Assembly (NCBI GenBank): GCA_036659935.1
Contig: JAVXBP010000003.1
Span: 1 to 49,229 of the forward strand
Length of the DNA stretch: 49,229 bases
DNA from: Clostridia bacterium
GTDB taxonomy: Bacteria; Bacillota; Clostridia; Christensenellales; UBA3700
Reading direction: 5' to 3'
Below, one piece after another: positions 36,772 to 48,071 of this stretch (within the stretch, counting starts at the first letter, position 1; each line of letters begins with the position of its first letter). Position numbers and translations under genes: made by a program. The notes below the pieces were generated by a model, which was not told the DNA's origin, ran no database searches, and worked only from the letters and a program-made list of their open reading frames with translations.

Positions 36772-37956
36772 TTATTGATTAGAAAACAACTTTTCTATGT
36801 TCTTGATTGCGTTGTCTTTTTTCCAAAACTCTTGCGCTTGCGGAATATTGCTTTTCCATTTTTCCATCATTTCTGGCTGTGAGATTGCAGTTTGCAAGCC
36901 ATAATACAACCCGTCTTCGTCGCTTGTAACAACCATTCCGACAGAATGTTCTTGGACAATTTCGAACGCGCCACTGACATTTGTTGTGACAATTGGCACA
37001 CCGCAAACTGTCGCTTCGACACAAGCCGTGTTCAAGCCTTCGTCAAAAGACGAGCACACATAGAGATTGGCGCTGGCGATATATGGATAAGGATTTCGTT
37101 GCGCGCCCCACATTGTCACACTGCTCGCGATATTGAGTTGTTCAATTTTATTTTTCAACTCGCTTTCCAACTTTCCACCGCCGACTAGCCACAAGTCGTG
37201 CTCAAAGCCATTTTCCAACAACTTTTTGTGTGTCACAAGCAATCTTTCAAGCCCCTTTTCTGGGCTCAATCGACACGCGGTAACTATCGTAAAACGCTTT
37301 TTTTCGACAGCAAATTCCTTGCTGTCGCGAATAATTTTGTCCGTGTCAAAGATATTATACACCGTCTCGACCTTTTGCGGAAAAGTCACTTGTTGCTTAT
37401 ATCTTTCCGCGAGCGATTGCGCGATTGGAATAATTTTGTCATATCTCGCGTGATATTTTTTCTCATTGTCAACAAAAATATGCATAAAAGCGTATCGAAC
37501 CGCGCTCGTGTTTGTCGAGTATGCAAGCAATTTTGTCGGCGCGCCCGCTTGATAAGCGACCTCAAAGTCATACTTTTCTTTGACCAAAATTTTGTACAAA
37601 AGTCGTTGTGGAACAAGCCCAACCAACTTTGACAGCCCCCTAAAATATTTTTTGAAAACTGAGACGAATTTTACATCTGGCGACAATTGCGCCACAAATT
37701 TTTGGTCGACCGCAAACAATGCCACAACGGTGACCTCGAACTTTTCTTTGTCAAGATTATTTGCCAAATTAAGCAAGCATTTTGCAACGCCGTCAACAAA
37801 TTGAAAATGATTTGTAACAAACAATATTTTTATTTTCTTATCATTGCAAACGCTTTCTTTTGCGCTTTTTTTTATTTTACTTTCTTGGCTTTTTTCGGCG
37901 CTTTTTTGTACACAATTTTCAACGAATTTTTCTGTGTAATTTTCTTTTTCTATCAT
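36772..37956 (-). CDS. Glycosyltransferase GT4 with a ~40-aa charged N-terminal extension
   Basis: KIKILFV..GVAKCL, RLSPEKG, NPYPYI, SSFDEGL..EA..G.PIVTTNVSG. Confidence 0.9.
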   Translation of the reverse strand: MIEKENYTEKFVENCVQKSAEKSQESKIKKSAKESVCNDKKIKILFVTNHFQFVDGVAKCLLNLANNLDKEKFEVTVVALFAVDQKFVAQLSPDVKFVSVFKKYFRGLSKLVGLVPQRLLYKILVKEKYDFEVAYQAGAPTKLLAYSTNTSAVRYAFMHIFVDNEKKYHARYDKIIPIAQSLAERYKQQVTFPQKVETVYNIFDTDKIIRDSKEFAVEKKRFTIVTACRLSPEKGLERLLVTHKKLLENGFEHDLWLVGGGKLESELKNKIEQLNIASSVTMWGAQRNPYPYIASANLYVCSSFDEGLNTACVEATVCGVPIVTTNVSGAFEIVQEHSVGMVVTSDEDGLYYGLQTAISQPEMMEKWKSNIPQAQEFWKKDNAIKNIEKLFSNQ

Positions 37957-38000
37957 TTTATTCCTTTTTTTGTTTTTTTCATATTACATCTTGTCGCTTT

Positions 38001-38807
38001 TTACTGCTTTATCTCAATCGCTTTTTTGCGTTTTTTGAGCAAAATTGAGCTTGGAACAAGCCCCACAATCAAAGGTTTGAGCGCAAACAGTTTCATTGCA
38101 AAGCCGAGTTGGAACTTTTTTGCCCACTTGAGCATATTTTTTGACAATTGGACACGGAATTTATATTTTCGCTTTTTAAAATTTGACAAGTCCTCACGAT
38201 AGTTCAACAACCTTTCTTCCAAGACAAAACCTTGATAATTTTTTTGATAGAATTTGCACCACAAGTCATAATCTTCGAGTCGAGTCACCGACTTGCTTTG
38301 ATTGTAACCGCCCACATCGACAAGCGCCGACTTGCGCATCACAACGGTCGGGTGAGCAAAATTCCTGCCCTTGTAAACATCAATCAGCGACCTTGCTCCG
38401 CCGTTGTAAGTTTGCCCGATGACCTTGTTGTCGTCGTCAATGATATATGTCAATGACGAGCAAAGGGCATATTGCGCGTTTTCGTCAAGGAATTTCGCTT
38501 GCTTTTCGAACCTATAAGCCTTTGCGATATCGTCACTGTCCATTCTGGCGATATATTCCCCGACAGATTTTTCGATGCACTTGTTGAGAGAAAACTGCAA
38601 GCCCATGTTCGTTTCGTTGCGAAAAAGCGTAATTCTCTTATCTTTTTGAGCGAATTTTTCGAGAATTTGCCAACTTCCGTCGCAAGAGCCGTCATCGCAA
38701 ATTACAAATTGGAAGTCGTCGAATGTTTGACAAAGAATTGAGTTCACTGCGTAACTCAAAAATTTTTCGTCATTAAAAACGGACATAATCACTGATATTT
38801 TGCACAT
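38001..38807 (-). CDS. Glycosyltransferase family 2
   Basis: ISVIMSVFN, ICDDGS.D, YIARMDSDD, HPTV, EDYDLW. Confidence 0.94.
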   Translation of the reverse strand: MCKISVIMSVFNDEKFLSYAVNSILCQTFDDFQFVICDDGSCDGSWQILEKFAQKDKRITLFRNETNMGLQFSLNKCIEKSVGEYIARMDSDDIAKAYRFEKQAKFLDENAQYALCSSLTYIIDDDNKVIGQTYNGGARSLIDVYKGRNFAHPTVVMRKSALVDVGGYNQSKSVTRLEDYDLWCKFYQKNYQGFVLEERLLNYREDLSNFKKRKYKFRVQLSKNMLKWAKKFQLGFAMKLFALKPLIVGLVPSSILLKKRKKAIEIKQ

Positions 38808-38847
38808 TTTGAACTACCTTTCTAGCGCTAAACATTTCTTGTTGATG

Positions 38848-38933
38848 TTTTATTTTACTTAACACTTTTAATATTTTCATATTTTTTGGGTTTCTATTTT
38901 ATTTTGCTTAACACATTTTCATTTTATATATTT
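38848..38933. repeat. AT-rich intergenic direct repeat (period 49) upstream of the polysaccharide cluster
   Basis: ttttattttacttaacac (38848) vs ttttattttgcttaacac (38897). Confidence 0.65.
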
Positions 38934-39063
38934 ACAACCATTTCAATTTTTTATTATTTTTTCTCTTATTGACGCTTTCTCTCATTGATTGTTTACTTCT
39001 ATGTTTCCATTTTTGGCGCAATTGTATACCTATCAATCGCAAAAATTTGGCTTTTTTCGACGC

Positions 39064-39094
39064 AAAAAAACCGAACAGCCAAGCGACCGTTCGG
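39064..39094 (-). terminator. Intrinsic terminator after gdhA
   Basis: ccgaac..gttcgg stem with an A7 tract (U-tract on minus). Confidence 0.75.
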
Positions 39095-39185
39095 AATGTT
39101 TTGTTTGTTAAAAATGTTTTTTAGTGTTTTAGTTTTTTTGTTTTTATTGTTTTAGTATTTTGTTTTTTAAATTTTCCATAGAAAA

Positions 39186-40550
<1,365 letters not shown>

Positions 40551-40620
40551 TCAAATATATTTTAACACAAACGCCGTCTATATACAACCATTTTGTGTTA
40601 TTTTTAAATTTTTTGCGCCA

Positions 40621-40663
40621 ATTGTTGACAATAGTTGACATATTTGTTTTGTCGGGCTAAAAT
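40621..40663 (+). promoter_or_regulatory. Sigma-A promoter of the WYL gene with possible operator repeats
   Basis: TTGACA(40635)-17nt-TAAAAT(40658); GTTGACA direct repeat 10 nt apart and TGACA-N9-TGTCG inverted repeat. Confidence 0.65.
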
Positions 40664-40690
40664 ATAAGAAAACAATGTTGGAGTTTTTCT

Positions 40691-41614
40691 ATGCAATCTT
40701 TGTCAAATTTGTTTTCTATGTTGCTTGACCTTATCAATTATCCGCAAATAACTGCGCACGAGTTGGCGAGCAAGTTGGAAGTTTCCGAGCGGTCAATCTA
40801 TCGTTATGTTGACACGCTTTCGTTTGCCCAAATTCCAATAATATGCACAAAAGGTCGCAACGGCGGAATAAAAATTGGCGACGAATTCAAGCTTTACGCT
40901 CAATTTCTCACCGCGGAAGAACGCGAATTGTTGATAACAACGCTCGCCACAATGCCACTCGGCAAGACAAGCGAAAACATCAAAAACAAACTTCTCAGCT
41001 TGGAAAAAAACAACAAATCTCGCGATATGTATCGCAGCGAACTGTTTGCCGTTGACAAAACAAGCTTTGGCAACAATGATATTATTCGCTCCAAAATGCA
41101 AGCTTTGCAAGACTCGCGCGCGAGCAAAAGGGTTATCAAAATAACCTATCACGACAGAAGCGGCAAGGTGACTGAGCGAGAAATCGAGCCTTATGTCATC
41201 GTATATGGCGACGGAATTTGGTATATTTTCGCCTGGTGCTTGACAAGAAATGAGATGAGACTTTTCAAAATATCTCGCATAACACACATTCAACAAACAG
41301 AAAAACCATTCGAAAAGCGACAATACAACACCAGTTGGGACTTGACCAATCCAAACACTTTTTCCGAGATAAATATCGTGCTCAAAGTCTTTGAGGCGGC
41401 GCGTTATGACATCGAAGAATGGCTCGGAATCGAGAGCGTCAAAAAGTCAGCCGACGGCGCGTTTTGGATAGCGCAAGGCGTTGTCAGCGACAGCGATATG
41501 ACGATAAACAAGCTTTTTTCTTATCGCGAAAACATTGAAGTTTTGTCCCCTATTTCAATCAGAGAAAAGTTGCGCAAGTCGCTTGTCAAAACATTGGATA
41601 TCTATCAAAATTGA
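40691..41614 (+). CDS. HTH-WYL(-WCX) transcriptional regulator (YafY/YobV-like)
   Basis: TAHELASKLEVSERSIYRYVDTL..IPI..GRNGG winged HTH; REIEPY, WYIFAWC..RNEMRLFKISRI WYL domain; VLSP..R. Confidence 0.93.
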   Translation: MQSLSNLFSMLLDLINYPQITAHELASKLEVSERSIYRYVDTLSFAQIPIICTKGRNGGIKIGDEFKLYAQFLTAEERELLITTLATMPLGKTSENIKNKLLSLEKNNKSRDMYRSELFAVDKTSFGNNDIIRSKMQALQDSRASKRVIKITYHDRSGKVTEREIEPYVIVYGDGIWYIFAWCLTRNEMRLFKISRITHIQQTEKPFEKRQYNTSWDLTNPNTFSEINIVLKVFEAARYDIEEWLGIESVKKSADGAFWIAQGVVSDSDMTINKLFSYRENIEVLSPISIREKLRKSLVKTLDIYQN

Positions 41615-41685
41615 TAAAATTTTGAACTATTCTATATTATATAATTTTGTATAATTTATTTGAATAATTTATTTTAAATTTTAAC

Positions 41686-41727
41686 AAAAACACGCCACTT
41701 TGCAACATATGCGCTGGCGTGTTTTTT
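41686..41727. terminator. Bidirectional intrinsic terminator
   Basis: aaaaacacgcca..tggcgtgttttt between the convergent WYL and icd genes. Confidence 0.85.
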
Positions 41728-41742
41728 ATTTTTTTGCTTTTT

Positions 41743-42948
41743 CTATATCAATTTTTCCGCTATCTTTTTGAGAAAGGCTTGCGTTTCCAACTTGTTGACG
41801 GTCACGTTTTCTTTTTTGAAAAGTCCCGCAAGGTCGCCCGTCATATAGCCTTCTCCGATTGTGTCGAGAGTTGCTTTTTCCAACTTTTCGCCAAAGGCAG
41901 TCAGCTTGTCAAGGTTGTCCAACTCGCCACGCTTTTTGAGCGCGCCACTCCAAGCAAAAATTGTCGCGACTGGGTTTGTCGAAGTTTTTTCTCCATTGCG
42001 ATATTTGTAGAAATGCTTTGTAACAGTGCCGTGCGCCGCCTCGAACTCATAGTTGCCGTCAGGAGAAACGAGCGCCGAAGTCATCATTGCAAGGCTTCCG
42101 AACGCCGTCGCGACCATATCGCTCATGACATCGCCGTCATAGTTTTTGCACGCCCAGAGCACTCCGCCGTTGCTTCTTATTATTCTTGCGACAGCGTCGT
42201 CAATCAAGGTATAGAGATAATTTATGCCTGCCTTTTCGAACTTTGCCGAATATTCTTTGTCAAAAACTTCTTGGAAAATATCCTTGAATCTGTGGTCATA
42301 AATCTTTGAAATTGTGTCTTTCGCCGCAAACCACAAGTCTTGGCGCAAGTCGAGCGCAAAATTGAAACAACTTCTCGCAAAGCTGTAAATGCTTTTGTCT
42401 GTGTTGTGCATTCCCATGACCACGCCGCCGCTTTTTGCAAAGTCAAAAATTGTTTGTTCTTGCGTGCCGTCAGCGCTTTCGATGACGAGTTTTGCCTTGC
42501 CCGATTGCGGAACATAAGCCTCGACGTCCTTGTAAATGTCGCCGTAAGCGTGTCTTGCGATTGTGATTGGGCTTGTCCATGTCGGGATATATGGCGTCAC
42601 GCCTTCGACCATTATTGGCGAGCGAAAAACCGTGCCGTCAAGAATGGCGCGAATTGTGCCGTTTGGGCTTTTCCACATTGTCGACAAATTGTATTCTGAC
42701 ATGCGCTGTTGGTTTGGAGTAATCGTCGCGCACTTTACGCCAACGCCATATTTTTTGATAGCGTTTGCGGCGAGAGTGGTGACTTCGTCTTTTGTTTTTT
42801 CCCTGTTTTCCAAACCAAGGTCATAATAATCGCTTTGCAAATCGACAAAAGGAGATATCAAAATATCTTTTATCCACTTCCAAATAATTCTTGTCATTTC
42901 GTCGCCGTCCATTTCTACGATTGGCGTTGTCATTTTAATTTTTTCCAT
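41743..42948 (-). CDS. icd: NADP-dependent isocitrate dehydrogenase (eukaryote-like homodimeric type II)
   Basis: [49 protein letters not shown]. Confidence 0.97.
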   Translation of the reverse strand: MEKIKMTTPIVEMDGDEMTRIIWKWIKDILISPFVDLQSDYYDLGLENREKTKDEVTTLAANAIKKYGVGVKCATITPNQQRMSEYNLSTMWKSPNGTIRAILDGTVFRSPIMVEGVTPYIPTWTSPITIARHAYGDIYKDVEAYVPQSGKAKLVIESADGTQEQTIFDFAKSGGVVMGMHNTDKSIYSFARSCFNFALDLRQDLWFAAKDTISKIYDHRFKDIFQEVFDKEYSAKFEKAGINYLYTLIDDAVARIIRSNGGVLWACKNYDGDVMSDMVATAFGSLAMMTSALVSPDGNYEFEAAHGTVTKHFYKYRNGEKTSTNPVATIFAWSGALKKRGELDNLDKLTAFGEKLEKATLDTIGEGYMTGDLAGLFKKENVTVNKLETQAFLKKIAEKLI

Positions 42949-42994
42949 AGTTGCTCCGTGGTGTAATTATTCTTATTATTAACATTTTACAAGA

Positions 42995-44131
42995 TTATTT
43001 TACCATTTTAGCGCCGCATTTGCAAGCATTTGCGCTTCCTTTGTTATAATTCGAAAGAATTTGCGAATGGAATTGCGCGTGTTTGTCGCTGTCAAACTGC
43101 TTCTGCGCTTGCTCAATCAAAATGTCGCATATCGCGCCGAACGACAAGTTTTTGTCGGCGAATAAGTAATGCCCCAACGAGCCGGGAATCGTGTTCATTT
43201 CGTTGATATAAGCCGTCTCTGTCGCCTTGTCAACAAGGAAGTCGAACCTTACAACTCCGCGCATATTTGCCCCCAAATAGAGCGATTGCGCAGTGTCTTG
43301 AATCTCTTGATTGAGATTGCCCTCCAACGTCGCAGGGAAAATTCTTCCCCCTCCGCTCAACTTTCCGTTTGTGAGATATTTGTCCTCGAACGCAAGAAAT
43401 TCGTTCCATCGCAAAGGCTGTTCGAGAGATGAAACAACAACCTTATCTTTGTCAAGCACACAAGCGCAATTTATCTCGACAAAGTCGACAAGCGCCCTTT
43501 CCAAGACTATTTTGTTGCCAAAAGAAAAGGCAATTTCGACCGCTTGCGCAAGGCTTTCCATATCATTTGCGACGTCAATGCCTATTGACGAGCCTTGTCG
43601 ATTTGGCTTGACAATGATTGGGAATTTTAATTTTTTGACGCATTTTGCAAGGTTTTCGTCATTCAATTCTGCTTTTGTCAACTCGCAATATGGTAAAATT
43701 TTACACTTTTTGCTCGCAAAATATAACTGGCTGAGCGCTTTGTCCATCGCGAGCGCCGACGCGCCGATATCCGCGCTGGTGTAAGGAATTCCGATTGTAT
43801 CGAAAAAACCTTGCGCTCCGCCCCCTTCGTCGTTTTCTCCGTGCAAGCACAACAATGCGCAATCAATTTTTGCAAGCTTTTTTACTCCAAAATTGCTTGC
43901 TCGACAAATATAATCGCCGATAAAAAACACTTCAAGTTGACTTTTTTTCCACTTGATATAAGTTTTGACGTCTTGACTTTTCTTTGGCAAGAAAAAATGA
44001 TTGCCGTCAACAAAAAGCGGAAAAATTTTGTACTTTTTTTTGTTCAAATGCGTCAAAGTTTGAATTCCTGTTATTGTAGAGATATCTTTTTCACAAGATT
44101 TGCCACCATAAACCACAACGATATTTTGCAT
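42995..44131 (-). CDS. ddl: D-alanine--D-alanine ligase family protein
   Basis: GGKSCE..IS, LHG, MDK, FPIIVKPNRQGSSIGI, FEDKY, RFDFL, NEMNTIPGS; AAGGAG SD before ATG 44131. Confidence 0.92.
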   Translation of the reverse strand: MQNIVVVYGGKSCEKDISTITGIQTLTHLNKKKYKIFPLFVDGNHFFLPKKSQDVKTYIKWKKSQLEVFFIGDYICRASNFGVKKLAKIDCALLCLHGENDEGGGAQGFFDTIGIPYTSADIGASALAMDKALSQLYFASKKCKILPYCELTKAELNDENLAKCVKKLKFPIIVKPNRQGSSIGIDVANDMESLAQAVEIAFSFGNKIVLERALVDFVEINCACVLDKDKVVVSSLEQPLRWNEFLAFEDKYLTNGKLSGGGRIFPATLEGNLNQEIQDTAQSLYLGANMRGVVRFDFLVDKATETAYINEMNTIPGSLGHYLFADKNLSFGAICDILIEQAQKQFDSDKHAQFHSQILSNYNKGSANACKCGAKMVK

Positions 44132-44141
44132 ATAATCTCCT

Positions 44142-45725
44142 TTAATAGTTGTCAGGCAAGTCGTTTTGCAAGAGCAACACATCACCGCTTTTGAGCAGTG
44201 TTGCAAACAATTCTTGAGCTTTTGCAAGACTGTCCGTCAAAAATATTTTGTTTTTGTCAAAGTTTTTGCTCAAAACTCCCTTTTGTAGATTGTATGCGTT
44301 GCGCCCGATTAATATTGCAATATCTGCAATTTCTGCAATTTTTTGTCCGAGAATATAGTTTTCTTCCACTTCTTTTGCGCCCAATTCGACAAGCCCTTGC
44401 GACGCGACAATTTTTCTTCCGACAAACAAACCGAGAGTTTCCAGCGCAAGACGAGCGCCGTCGGGGTTGGAATTGTAGCCGTCGTCAATGATTGTTATGC
44501 CACTTGGCGTGCGCGAGCGTTGCAACCTGTGGTCGACTTGCGGAATTGTCGTGATTGCTTTGACGATATTTTCCCCGTCCATTCCGCAATGTCGCGCCAT
44601 CGCCACGGCGAGAATTATGTTGTCAACGTTGTGTTTCCCTATCAATTGAGTGCGCGCTGAGAAAGTTTCTCCATCGATAATCAAATCGAATTTTCCGCCG
44701 TTTTCGTCACAAATTATGTTTTTTGCGCAAATATTTTGGTCAATTCCGAGCGCAAACTTCTTACATTTTCTGCCGTAGAGAGCGTTTTTGCACCACGCGT
44801 TGTTGCAATTTATTACCGCAAAACCGTTTTCGCCAAGGCTGTCAACCAACTCAAATTTTGTCCGCGCTATGCTTTCCATATCGCCAAAAGTCGCAAGATG
44901 TTGCGCCGCGACGCCAGTAATTATACCGCAAGTTGGGTGAACAAAGTCGCAAATTTCTTTGATATCGCCGACATTGCGCGCGCCCATTTCGACAAGAAAA
45001 ATTTCCGTGTCAGACGGCATAATTTGCGCCGACTTGCAAATGCCCATTGGCGTGTTATAGTTGAAAGGAGTCGCAAAAACCTTGAACTTTGTCGCGAGAA
45101 TATGCGTCAAAATTTGCTTGACGCTCGTCTTGCCACAACTGCCAGTGATGCCGACAATTTGCAAGTTTTCTCTTGCCTTGAGCGACCGCTCGCAAGCCTT
45201 TTTGTACTTGTTTTTTATCATTTTTTCCAATGGATAATTTATCAAAAGCGACAATTGCACAAACATTTGGAAAAATATCATTACAAACGGAAAGTAAGCC
45301 AACAAAAGTGAGTTTCCTTGAATTTTTGTCGCCAAACCAAGAAAAAGCAAGGCGATATTCGCGCCAAAAACAAGCAATGCAAACGTTGTCAACAACCTTT
45401 TCATTCTGCTTGTATAAGCAATTTGTGGCTTTATTTTTTGCTTGTTGTTCGAATAAATAAAATAGCAAATCAGCCACGCCGCGAACGGCAAAGAAAAATA
45501 TTGCGCGTATGCAACTCCGAGCGTGCATACGACCATATTGCAAATATAGCCCACGCCCAACACAGCAACACCACAACAACAAATGCGAGCGAACAACTCT
45601 TTTTGTCTGCCCGCGCGCACATATTTATAACCTTCCAACTGCGCCAAATTGAACATAGGAATAGCGTAGAAAAATTCAAGAAAACTACTTGCTGTCGCGA
45701 CAATCAAAATTGTCCAAATTTGCAT
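44142..45725 (-). CDS. murF: MurF-family ligase with an N-terminal multi-TM extension
   Basis: VGITGSCGKTSVK, NYNTPMG, VEMGAR, HRLQ, IDDGYNSNPDG, GLVELG, LLQNDLPDNY; AGGAG SD before ATG 45725. Confidence 0.9.
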   Translation of the reverse strand: MQIWTILIVATASSFLEFFYAIPMFNLAQLEGYKYVRAGRQKELFARICCCGVAVLGVGYICNMVVCTLGVAYAQYFSLPFAAWLICYFIYSNNKQKIKPQIAYTSRMKRLLTTFALLVFGANIALLFLGLATKIQGNSLLLAYFPFVMIFFQMFVQLSLLINYPLEKMIKNKYKKACERSLKARENLQIVGITGSCGKTSVKQILTHILATKFKVFATPFNYNTPMGICKSAQIMPSDTEIFLVEMGARNVGDIKEICDFVHPTCGIITGVAAQHLATFGDMESIARTKFELVDSLGENGFAVINCNNAWCKNALYGRKCKKFALGIDQNICAKNIICDENGGKFDLIIDGETFSARTQLIGKHNVDNIILAVAMARHCGMDGENIVKAITTIPQVDHRLQRSRTPSGITIIDDGYNSNPDGARLALETLGLFVGRKIVASQGLVELGAKEVEENYILGQKIAEIADIAILIGRNAYNLQKGVLSKNFDKNKIFLTDSLAKAQELFATLLKSGDVLLLQNDLPDNY

Positions 45726-46401
45726 AAACACTCCTACAAAAACTTCCCAAGACAGCGATAAATTTCCACTTATCATCTATATAAGCAAAATGTCCGCCAC
45801 GCAAAACAACAATTTCGCTGTTTTTTATGCGTTTTTTTAACTTTTTTGCCATATAGAAAGGCGTTTCTTTGTCTTGTTTTCCCCAAATGATAAGAGTTGC
45901 GCAATATATCATATGCAAATATTTTTCCAAATGTTCATTTACAATATTTTTGAAAGTTGCTTTCGTCACGCTGTCAAGCGCGCGATAATCGGGCGAGCCA
46001 CACTTGGACAAGTCGCGTTTGCAAAGCTTCAGAATGGAATATTTCAACTTGCGCGCGCAATATTTCAAACCGCGTCTTGGCTTCAAACCGGCGCTGTCAA
46101 CAAGAACAATCGCCCGAGCGAGGCTCGTCGTCGCCGACAACAAAGTCGCAACCCTTCCGCCAAACGAGTGTCCGACAAAAACTGCTTTTTCTATGCCAAG
46201 TTGACAAAGCAAGTCAATTACTCCTTGCGCATAATCGTCCAGTGTCAGCGCTTTTTCTCCCACCTGCAAGCTGTGCAAGTCAACAAAAACGCACCGAAAG
46301 TCACAAAAAAAATCGGCTATCCATTCAAAACTATCAATTCCACCGCCCCAGCCGTGCAAGAATATGATATTTTCTCCTTTGCCGATTGATAAATATTGCA
46401 A
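45685..46401 (-). CDS. Alpha/beta fold hydrolase
   Basis: FLHGWG, VGHSFGG (GxSxG), LVDSAG, WG.QD.ETP, GGHFAY; TTG start with GAGGA SD. Confidence 0.92.
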   Translation of the reverse strand: MQYLSIGKGENIIFLHGWGGGIDSFEWIADFFCDFRCVFVDLHSLQVGEKALTLDDYAQGVIDLLCQLGIEKAVFVGHSFGGRVATLLSATTSLARAIVLVDSAGLKPRRGLKYCARKLKYSILKLCKRDLSKCGSPDYRALDSVTKATFKNIVNEHLEKYLHMIYCATLIIWGKQDKETPFYMAKKLKKRIKNSEIVVLRGGHFAYIDDKWKFIAVLGSFCRSVYANLDNFDCRDSK

Positions 46402-46412
46402 ATCGTCCTCAC

Positions 46413-46626
46413 TTATTGGTCGAATTTGTCAACTTTTGTATTCTTTTTATTGTCGCATTTTTTCTTACGAATTTTGCAAAAAAAATTTATTTGTCGCATT
46501 TACAAGCTTTCGTTTTCTATGTTATAGTCTAATTTTTTTCTTTTTATTTTCTATAATATCGTCTCAGTTTTTCTTACGAATTCTACAAATAAAGTTCACT
46601 TGTCGCATTTGTCAACTTTTGTTTTC
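46413..46626. repeat. Two diverged downstream copies of the rimI 3' end
   Basis: 46568-46626 (gene end) vs 46459-46517 (period 109) and 46413-46443 (26/31 nt vs 46596-46626). Confidence 0.85.
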
Positions 46627-47093
46627 CACATAATGGTCGCGTCTTCTTTGTCGGGATAGAATTGTCGTCTTTTTCCGCACTCAACAAAACCGAGTTTTTT
46701 GTACATTTCGACAGCGACGCCATTGCTTGGTCGCACTTCCAGCGTAAGATTGTCAACGCCGTTTTTTTCCGCTTGAGCGAACATATCGGTCATCAAAGCC
46801 TTGCCTACGCCCTTGTTTTGCGCGCTTTTTTTGACAGCGATATTGTTGACAAAGCCGTCCTCGAATGACTTTGCAAAGCTGTAATAGCCAACCACTTCGC
46901 CACTCTCGTCCACGCAAACTCGCTTGACGGCAAACCTGTTTTCTATCAAGCTGTCCACTGCGCAAAATGACCACGGCTCGCTAAAATTTTCTTGCTCAAT
47001 CTTGACAACCATATCAATATGTTGTGGTTGCATATCAACAATTTGCATTTTTTGTCCGTCGATAATGACGTCGAATTTTTCTTCAGTCTCCAT
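46596..47093 (-). CDS. rimI: Ribosomal protein alanine N-acetyltransferase
   Basis: IEQENFSEPWS, NIAV..QNKGVG, LTLEVRPSN..A..MYKKLGF..GKRRQFY..EDA; follows tsaB. Confidence 0.93.
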   Translation of the reverse strand: METEEKFDVIIDGQKMQIVDMQPQHIDMVVKIEQENFSEPWSFCAVDSLIENRFAVKRVCVDESGEVVGYYSFAKSFEDGFVNNIAVKKSAQNKGVGKALMTDMFAQAEKNGVDNLTLEVRPSNGVAVEMYKKLGFVECGKRRQFYPDKEDATIMWKTKVDKCDK

Positions 47094-47667
47094 CTTTTTC
47101 TCTCTCCGCTTGTGATTTTTTGAGATAGAGCGGTTCAAGTTGACCAAACTCATTTTTTGTCGCGAGAATTTGTGTCATTTCAACGAGTTTTTGTGGCGAC
47201 GACGCGCCGTTTTTGTAATAAATATTGCAGTCAAATTTTGTCAACTCTTCCGCTGTATACTCTCTCATTTGTATTATATTTTCCCAATTTTGCGCAAATT
47301 GAGCGCAATAGAAACTGTCGTGACGGCAGTCAATCGCCACAACAAAATTTTCTTCTTCTATATTATACGCCACTTCTTGGAAAGATGTGAGCGCAACGCA
47401 TTTTTTCCCGGTGGCGAAACACAAAGCTTTCATTGTTGACACGCCAATTCTTATGCCAGTGAATGACCCTGCCCCAACAACGCAACCAAAACAGTCGATG
47501 TCGCCAATCTCAAGCCCTGCCTCGCCAAGCGCCTCGTCAATATAAGGCAACAGCAAGCTGTTGTGAGTTTTGCTGCCTGTCGTGCTGACTTTCGAATATA
47601 ACTTTTCCCCGTCGCTTACCGCGACAACGAGATTTTCCGCTACGCTGTCAATTGCCAAAATTTTCAT
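47083..47667 (-). CDS. tsaB: tRNA threonylcarbamoyladenosine biosynthesis protein TsaB
   Basis: MKILAIDS, HNSLLLP, GAGSFTGIRIG, IDCR, PLYLKKSQAERE. Confidence 0.95.
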   Translation of the reverse strand: MKILAIDSVAENLVVAVSDGEKLYSKVSTTGSKTHNSLLLPYIDEALGEAGLEIGDIDCFGCVVGAGSFTGIRIGVSTMKALCFATGKKCVALTSFQEVAYNIEEENFVVAIDCRHDSFYCAQFAQNWENIIQMREYTAEELTKFDCNIYYKNGASSPQKLVEMTQILATKNEFGQLEPLYLKKSQAEREKDGD

Positions 47668-48065
47668 AATATTTCAAATTCCCTTTTGTTTTTTCCAAGT
47701 GTGGTGATATTGATAACTTTTGTGTTGGACAAATTCTCGAACTTGTTCCACTCGATTACGCACACGCCGTCTTTCGCGTTGAGATAGTCATTGAGCCCGA
47801 GCTCGAACAACTCGTCCTCGTTTTCCACCCTATACATATCAAAGTGATACAAATTGAGCCTGCCACAATAACTTTTCATAAACGTAAAAGTAGGGCTCGT
47901 CACAACTTCCGTTATGCCAAGCGCTTTCGCCAACCCTTTTGTAAAGGTCGTTTTGCCAGCGCCCAACTCGCCATTGAGCAAGATTATTTCTCCGCCCTGC
48001 AAGCCGTCAGCGACTGAGCGCGCAAGGTCAAAAGTCTCATCGACATTCTTAACAACACATTTCAT
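47664..48065 (-). CDS. tsaE: tRNA threonylcarbamoyladenosine biosynthesis ATPase TsaE
   Basis: LNGELGAGKTTFTKG, VTSPTF, YHFDMYR, VIEW; start set at ATG 48065. Confidence 0.96.
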   Translation of the reverse strand: MKCVVKNVDETFDLARSVADGLQGGEIILLNGELGAGKTTFTKGLAKALGITEVVTSPTFTFMKSYCGRLNLYHFDMYRVENEDELFELGLNDYLNAKDGVCVIEWNKFENLSNTKVINITTLGKNKREFEIL

Positions 48066-48071
48066 ACTTTG

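Noticed and set aside
39100-39185. T-rich tract downstream of gdhA
   Set aside because: Low-complexity sequence with no definable repeat unit or ORF
40691-41614. Anti-phage defence island marked by the WYL gene
   Set aside because: Flanking genes are gdhA and icd; no defence or mobility genes are present
42995-44131. D-Ala-D-Lac (vancomycin-resistance type) ligase
   Set aside because: The omega loop keeps Tyr after Lys (FEDKY) and there are no vanH/X/R/S genes
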